Of a DNA stretch of 64,000 bases, positions 59,480 to 64,000 are shown one piece after another. Both the position numbers and the translations under genes were made by a program. The stretch is taken from the IMG/VR virus record IMGVR_UViG_3300037418_003103; one strand, 5' to 3'. Under the pieces are notes generated by a model that ran no database searches, had not been told where the DNA came from, and saw nothing but the letters and a program-made list of their open reading frames with translations. Origin of the DNA: a virus. Taxonomy: Duplodnaviria; Heunggongvirae; Uroviricota; Caudoviricetes. Positions within the stretch are counted from its first letter, which is position 1; each line of letters opens with the position of its first letter.

Positions 59480-61009
59480 TTAATAGGTACCACCGTTAAG
59501 TACATCGAACTCTAGAAGAACATAATGTCCTGTGCCTGTTCCACCAGTTGACCCTAGCATCATGTTACTAACATTTGATTCCCAAAAAACCTTTGAATAA
59601 GCATCAGTTAAATCAACTGGAACATTTGTCTCAGCAATATTGAAGAACGCATCAGCGGACGCTGAGACGTTAAATCCATCTTGAATTGTTATACCTGCAC
59701 CTAGAGCGGTTGTGTGGGTATCACCTGTCGGATTATAATTAAGAATAAGATTACTATCCTCCACATATAATTCGCTTGTAAAAGCACTAAAGGCTTGTCC
59801 ATAAACAGTAATGTTACCATTTACCACCAGATCACCAGTACCAGGGTTTGTTGGACTACCACCGCTGCCAATAACCAATCCGCCAGTACCGATAACCGCT
59901 GAACCGTTAGGGCCAGTTGAAATATTCGCAGCTGTTAAATTACCGCTTATATTCGCGTTCCCGTTAACAGTAATACCAGAAAAATTGTCTATCGTTGTAG
60001 TTATGGTGCTGCCTGAATTATCTCTTAGGTTTAAAATATTTGCGCCTGAGAATGTTGCGCCTGTAATATGAATATCACCCTTTGCGTTCAATGCAGCCTG
60101 CACTGCATTACTTATAGGTTTGTTTAAATCACTTGTGTTATCCACGTTATTAATCGCAAGCATTACTCTGGTGGTAGCGGTTGAAAGCACTTCAGGTACT
60201 CCAACACCTGCTGAATTTCGGCCAATGAAGGAAGCGGTGGCCATGTCAGCCATCTTAGCTAGAGTTACCTTGCCGTTCCCAATAGTAAGAACTGGATTAA
60301 GTGAAGTTGCACCTGATGCTGATCCTGTAACATCTCCAGACGGAGTAAAGGTAATTGTTTGGTTTCCAGTAATAAATGCAGGCGCGCCTGTTACGCCGCT
60401 CCAAGGCATATTCGTTAATCCTACTCCGCTTCCGTAGAATGAAGTAGCGGTAACCACTCCATTGACGGTGAGTCCAGAAAAATTATTAATAACCGTAGAT
60501 ATGGTGCCGCCCGTAGAATTCGTGTAGGTGAGTATGTTATTTGAAAAGGTACCTCCTGTTAACTTTGTGTCTGTAAATCCTGAGATAACAACACTGGGTT
60601 TATTGGTAAGGTTAAGAGTCAAGACTCTTGAACCATTATTAAATGTACCGCCTGTTATGTAAGCATCATTAGCAAGAATAGCTGATATATCATTTAAAAC
60701 AAACCCACTTGTTGAGCCAGAAAGAAATTTGCCAGATAAATCTACACCAGTCTTTCCATCATAGTAAATGATCCTATTGTCTATTTTTAAATTAGATACG
60801 TGCGAACCCACCTCAAAGTAGGCAGGATCTTGAATTGAGGCCACATATGTTGTTGAGCCAGTTCCTGATATAAATCCTTTAAAATACAGCTTACCATCCG
60901 CCGTGTTTACCAACGGCTCGCCATTTAGTACGTTAGTTACCGAAGGTAGGGCCGCGCCAGATTGATTTGATTGTTTAGCTTGTATTCTTATATTTCTAGT
61001 AGCGCTCAT
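59480..61009 (-). CDS. Fibre/structural protein
   Basis: 509 aa; GEPLVNTADGKLYF; ITGGTF repeats; NVDNTSDLNKPIS; ends LNGGTY. Confidence 0.7.
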   Translation of the reverse strand: MSATRNIRIQAKQSNQSGAALPSVTNVLNGEPLVNTADGKLYFKGFISGTGSTTYVASIQDPAYFEVGSHVSNLKIDNRIIYYDGKTGVDLSGKFLSGSTSGFVLNDISAILANDAYITGGTFNNGSRVLTLNLTNKPSVVISGFTDTKLTGGTFSNNILTYTNSTGGTISTVINNFSGLTVNGVVTATSFYGSGVGLTNMPWSGVTGAPAFITGNQTITFTPSGDVTGSASGATSLNPVLTIGNGKVTLAKMADMATASFIGRNSAGVGVPEVLSTATTRVMLAINNVDNTSDLNKPISNAVQAALNAKGDIHITGATFSGANILNLRDNSGSTITTTIDNFSGITVNGNANISGNLTAANISTGPNGSAVIGTGGLVIGSGGSPTNPGTGDLVVNGNITVYGQAFSAFTSELYVEDSNLILNYNPTGDTHTTALGAGITIQDGFNVSASADAFFNIAETNVPVDLTDAYSKVFWESNVSNMMLGSTGGTGTGHYVLLEFDVLNGGTY

Positions 61010-61038
61010 TTATTTCGTTTAATATAAATATAAAATTT

Positions 61039-61662
61039 TTAATAAAAACCTCCCTGTAAGTTGTCATCTTTGAGAACTGATGTATTAGCATTTACTTCTC
61101 TAATGTAACCAACTGAATCAACTCCAAGACTTACTATCCTAGCATTAATTGTATCTGAATTAATATTAGTTGATGTCCAGTAAGTTGAATTTCCAGAATA
61201 AGCATTAATTGATCTAAATCTACTGAATTGCGATCCAATATTTACACTTTTATCAGAGGAAGGAAGAATGTCCTTATTAAAGATAATTATATTTCCGTAA
61301 AAGACTATTTTAGCAGCACCTGTAGGGTCAGATATCGAATTAGTGGTTATATGATTAAAATCAACGACTTCAATTCTAAGATCAGCGCCGCTAACTGAAT
61401 ACAAGGTTAGATAACCATCGTCAAAAGTACCGCCTGTAATATTTGAAAGAGATCCACCAGTATCTCCACTGATTCGGCCAACCTCTGAAACGCCTATTGG
61501 CGTATTACTTCCACTAGTAACTAGAGTGTATAGCTTTGCATCAACAATATTTAGAGCTAATTGGCCCAGAGTAAGTTCTGACATTTCAGGAACTACCTTA
61601 GCCACGTTAATAATCTTTATAACGGGGGTATTAAATTCCATTCTAGTGTCGATTACAGCCAT
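61039..61662 (-). CDS. Short fibre/adaptor protein
   Basis: 207 aa; GQLALNIVDAKLY; ends LQGGFY. Confidence 0.65.
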   Translation of the reverse strand: MAVIDTRMEFNTPVIKIINVAKVVPEMSELTLGQLALNIVDAKLYTLVTSGSNTPIGVSEVGRISGDTGGSLSNITGGTFDDGYLTLYSVSGADLRIEVVDFNHITTNSISDPTGAAKIVFYGNIIIFNKDILPSSDKSVNIGSQFSRFRSINAYSGNSTYWTSTNINSDTINARIVSLGVDSVGYIREVNANTSVLKDDNLQGGFY

Positions 61663-61674
61663 TTGTATCTATTT

Positions 61675-63999
61675 TTATTGCATATATTTTAAGAAGGCAA
61701 ACAATTGATCGCCCATTTGGTCATATCCACTTTGTGCTGGATGTACACTATTAGTATAAGTAGTTATTTGAGTTGTGTTTCTTGCATTAGCATTAATAGT
61801 TGATTGAAGCATATTATTTTCTCTATCAATAATTACGTTCCACGGAATTAAATAATTTCCTGCTGTTCTTTCCGTGTTATTATCAAATTCTGAAATCAAT
61901 CTTTTTTGCCATGTTTTAATATTTTTTGTGTATCGTGCTAATGTCTGGCCAGCATTATAATCATGTCCAAACCCATCTTGTGAAATGGTAGGCATAATCG
62001 TAGTACAAAGTCCTATTCTTAATCCATTTACTGCACTTTTCATATTTGTAATTAATGTTCGTAAGTTGGAAACCATAGTATTAATTACATTTGCTAGGTT
62101 TGTATCATTAGTTTGCCCAAACACATCATTAATTCCTAAATGAATGAATACCCAATCATTTGAAGATAATGCTATGGAATTAGTAGAAAGATAGTTTGCA
62201 AAATCAAGGGAAGATGTAGAGCCATTCCAAAAAGGATTTAAATAATTTGTAGTAAATGATGAATAACTTATAGAAACATCTCCGCTTCCATTTACCTTTG
62301 TTATTGTGCCAGATACTAACGGAGTTCCACCTCCACTTGTTACAAAGCCTTCAACATATCCGTTACCGTTTGTGATGGAAATCATTGTTACATAAAAAGT
62401 TAGACCATTGACAGAATAGTAGCTGCTAATTGTTGGTGCAACTGTTACACCAGAGACTATAAAATGATAGTTAATTCGTCCTTGCGTTGCAAAATCTGAA
62501 ATTTGCCAGCCACTGTGTCCTTCATGTTTATTAGCGCCACTTCCTTGTGTTCCTTTAAAAGTTAAAGACATTACATCAGCGGAGTGTTCGGAAAGAATAA
62601 TACTTAACGGTTGCCCATTTGCAAGTGTGCTATCGCCTACACCCAAAATACTTCTTGAAGTGCCACTCGCTGCATTTGCCGCAACAATATAAAGCGTAGT
62701 TGTGCCACTTGTTATTAATTGGCCCGCAAAGTAGACATCAATTTCCAATGAATAAGAACCTACATCAGCAAGAACAGGCGTTACACGATAAAATTTTTCA
62801 TATTGTATTCCTTTTGTACAAATAATATCAAAATCTAACAAACTATTTTTTACATTGGAATTTATAATGTCAGCAAAATAAATGTTTGTTTCTTTCCCTT
62901 CAACAGCGAATACTCTGGATGGCCAAATTACTTCGGCAGTAATTAAATTAGGCAATGGCGTAGGTGTGGTTGCTGGAATCTTTGCAATGATTTTATTAGA
63001 AAAACTATCAGTGGGAAATGTTGATGGACTTACCAAACTTGTCTGCACCCATTCATTCCTATCACCGCCAGAGGCTATCGTAAAAGTTGAGGGTGAAATT
63101 GTGTCGATATTTTGTGGAGTTGTTGTGTATCTATTAGCACCATAAATTGATGAAAGGTAAACGCCCAATGTTCCATATCTATTTGCAACTTGGTCAGCTT
63201 TCCAAAAAAACCAAATATTGCTATTTGAAGAATTTAAAACTGTGGTTGATAACGTAGCAGTAATATATTGGCTTGTACCTGAAGTTATTGATAAACCAGT
63301 TATATAACCTGTTGCTAAAGTTGAACCAGTTGGATTGTCCTGAACTATCCAGTATCTAACTTTAGTGATTGGGTTGGCTGATCCTGTCATTGGTTCAACT
63401 CTAAATTTAATTGTATTAAAATTTGTTGGCTTACCTATTGGTGTACCCCATCCACTAAAGGTTGTTGATAAGCTTTCAAATACAGCAGATGATTCAGGAA
63501 ACGATTCATAAATATTGCTCTCAAATGGACCAACAGTAAAAACAGTATTTATATTTGCGTTTATTGTAGCTAAATTACTTGCATTTGAAGCAATAGCTGT
63601 TGTGTTAGACTGAATTGTTGAAGAAGATGTTATTACTTTTTCAGCGAAATCTATACTTGGTACAATGGTATATGTTTCTAGTTCAATTTTGGTATATAAG
63701 AATAATGAGGATACACTTGGGTTTGCAATGTCATTCCAACTAATTGAAAAATTTTGATTACCGTTGGTGGTATAACAACATGTAGGATAACTTGGATAAG
63801 GATATGGATTTTGACTATTTTGTATACCCCACTCTGTAATGAATCCATTTGCAGCGTACATTAAAAATAATTGATCACCATTTGTATTTGCAATAACAGT
63901 ATCAAATAAAACAGTTACAAGCTGTGTATCACCGCTTGCCATGTTTACAACAACATCCTTATTTGCAATGGTTGTTCCAGTTTTATTAACTGTTTTAAT
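61675..63999 (-). CDS. Virion-associated protein with C-terminal SGNH/GDSL hydrolase domain (5' end beyond window)
   Basis: GVGDSTL, HEGHSGW, IHLGINDV, NSVHP; the frame stays open upstream of the track ATG (63942) to the window edge. Confidence 0.75.
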   Translation of the reverse strand: MKTVNKTGTTIANKDVVVNMASGDTQLVTVLFDTVIANTNGDQLFLMYAANGFITEWGIQNSQNPYPYPSYPTCCYTTNGNQNFSISWNDIANPSVSSLFLYTKIELETYTIVPSIDFAEKVITSSSTIQSNTTAIASNASNLATINANINTVFTVGPFESNIYESFPESSAVFESLSTTFSGWGTPIGKPTNFNTIKFRVEPMTGSANPITKVRYWIVQDNPTGSTLATGYITGLSITSGTSQYITATLSTTVLNSSNSNIWFFWKADQVANRYGTLGVYLSSIYGANRYTTTPQNIDTISPSTFTIASGGDRNEWVQTSLVSPSTFPTDSFSNKIIAKIPATTPTPLPNLITAEVIWPSRVFAVEGKETNIYFADIINSNVKNSLLDFDIICTKGIQYEKFYRVTPVLADVGSYSLEIDVYFAGQLITSGTTTLYIVAANAASGTSRSILGVGDSTLANGQPLSIILSEHSADVMSLTFKGTQGSGANKHEGHSGWQISDFATQGRINYHFIVSGVTVAPTISSYYSVNGLTFYVTMISITNGNGYVEGFVTSGGGTPLVSGTITKVNGSGDVSISYSSFTTNYLNPFWNGSTSSLDFANYLSTNSIALSSNDWVFIHLGINDVFGQTNDTNLANVINTMVSNLRTLITNMKSAVNGLRIGLCTTIMPTISQDGFGHDYNAGQTLARYTKNIKTWQKRLISEFDNNTERTAGNYLIPWNVIIDRENNMLQSTINANARNTTQITTYTNSVHPAQSGYDQMGDQLFAFLKYMQ

Positions 64000-64000
64000 A

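Noticed and set aside
56065-59480. Site-specific invertible fibre cassette
   Set aside because: No flanking inverted repeats or recombinase seen; the gene has its own correctly oriented ATATTTAT motif
165-63145. Many short antisense or alternate-frame ORFs in the track (e.g. 165..419, 4361..4879, 27211..27660, 53324..53656, 56113..56544)
   Set aside because: They are shadows of long conserved genes and have no recognisable motifs
1-64000. Stop-codon reassignment
   Set aside because: Conserved genes are uninterrupted in the standard code, and TAG and TGA both end genes at sensible positions
1-64000. CRISPR array
   Set aside because: No regularly spaced direct repeats with unique spacers were seen

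Overview
The window is a segment of a large, AT-rich, contractile-tailed (T4-superfamily-like) phage genome in the standard genetic code. The host is probably a Bacteroidota bacterium: TAnnTTTG -7 promoter elements occur, several with TTG/TTTG 19-20 nt upstream, and Shine-Dalgarno motifs are not evident. From left to right it contains: baseplate wedge genes (gp6-like, gp25-like); a replication block (class II ribonucleotide reductase, intein-containing DnaB-like helicase, 5'-3' exonuclease, RecA/UvsX, gp32-like SSB); baseplate hub, tail lysin, tape-measure and tail-chaperone genes; a plus-strand accessory island (tRNA-Met, a multi-hairpin RNA candidate, AlkB, two tRNA-like RNAs, an 'ETNSSS' protein and a radical SAM enzyme); tail tube and sheath genes interleaved with three paralogous Zn-repeat/PD-(D/E)xK nuclease/Mom-like GNAT genes; and an ~18 kb cluster of modular fibre genes ending in an SGNH hydrolase. 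The strongest candidates for undescribed biology are the tRNA-mimic/ETNSSS/radical SAM operon, the nuclease-Mom-like triad, a +1/-2 tail-chaperone frameshift, a sense-strand ATATTTAT late-promoter motif and a fibre network with shared terminal modules. All family calls come from motif recognition by eye; no database search was run.
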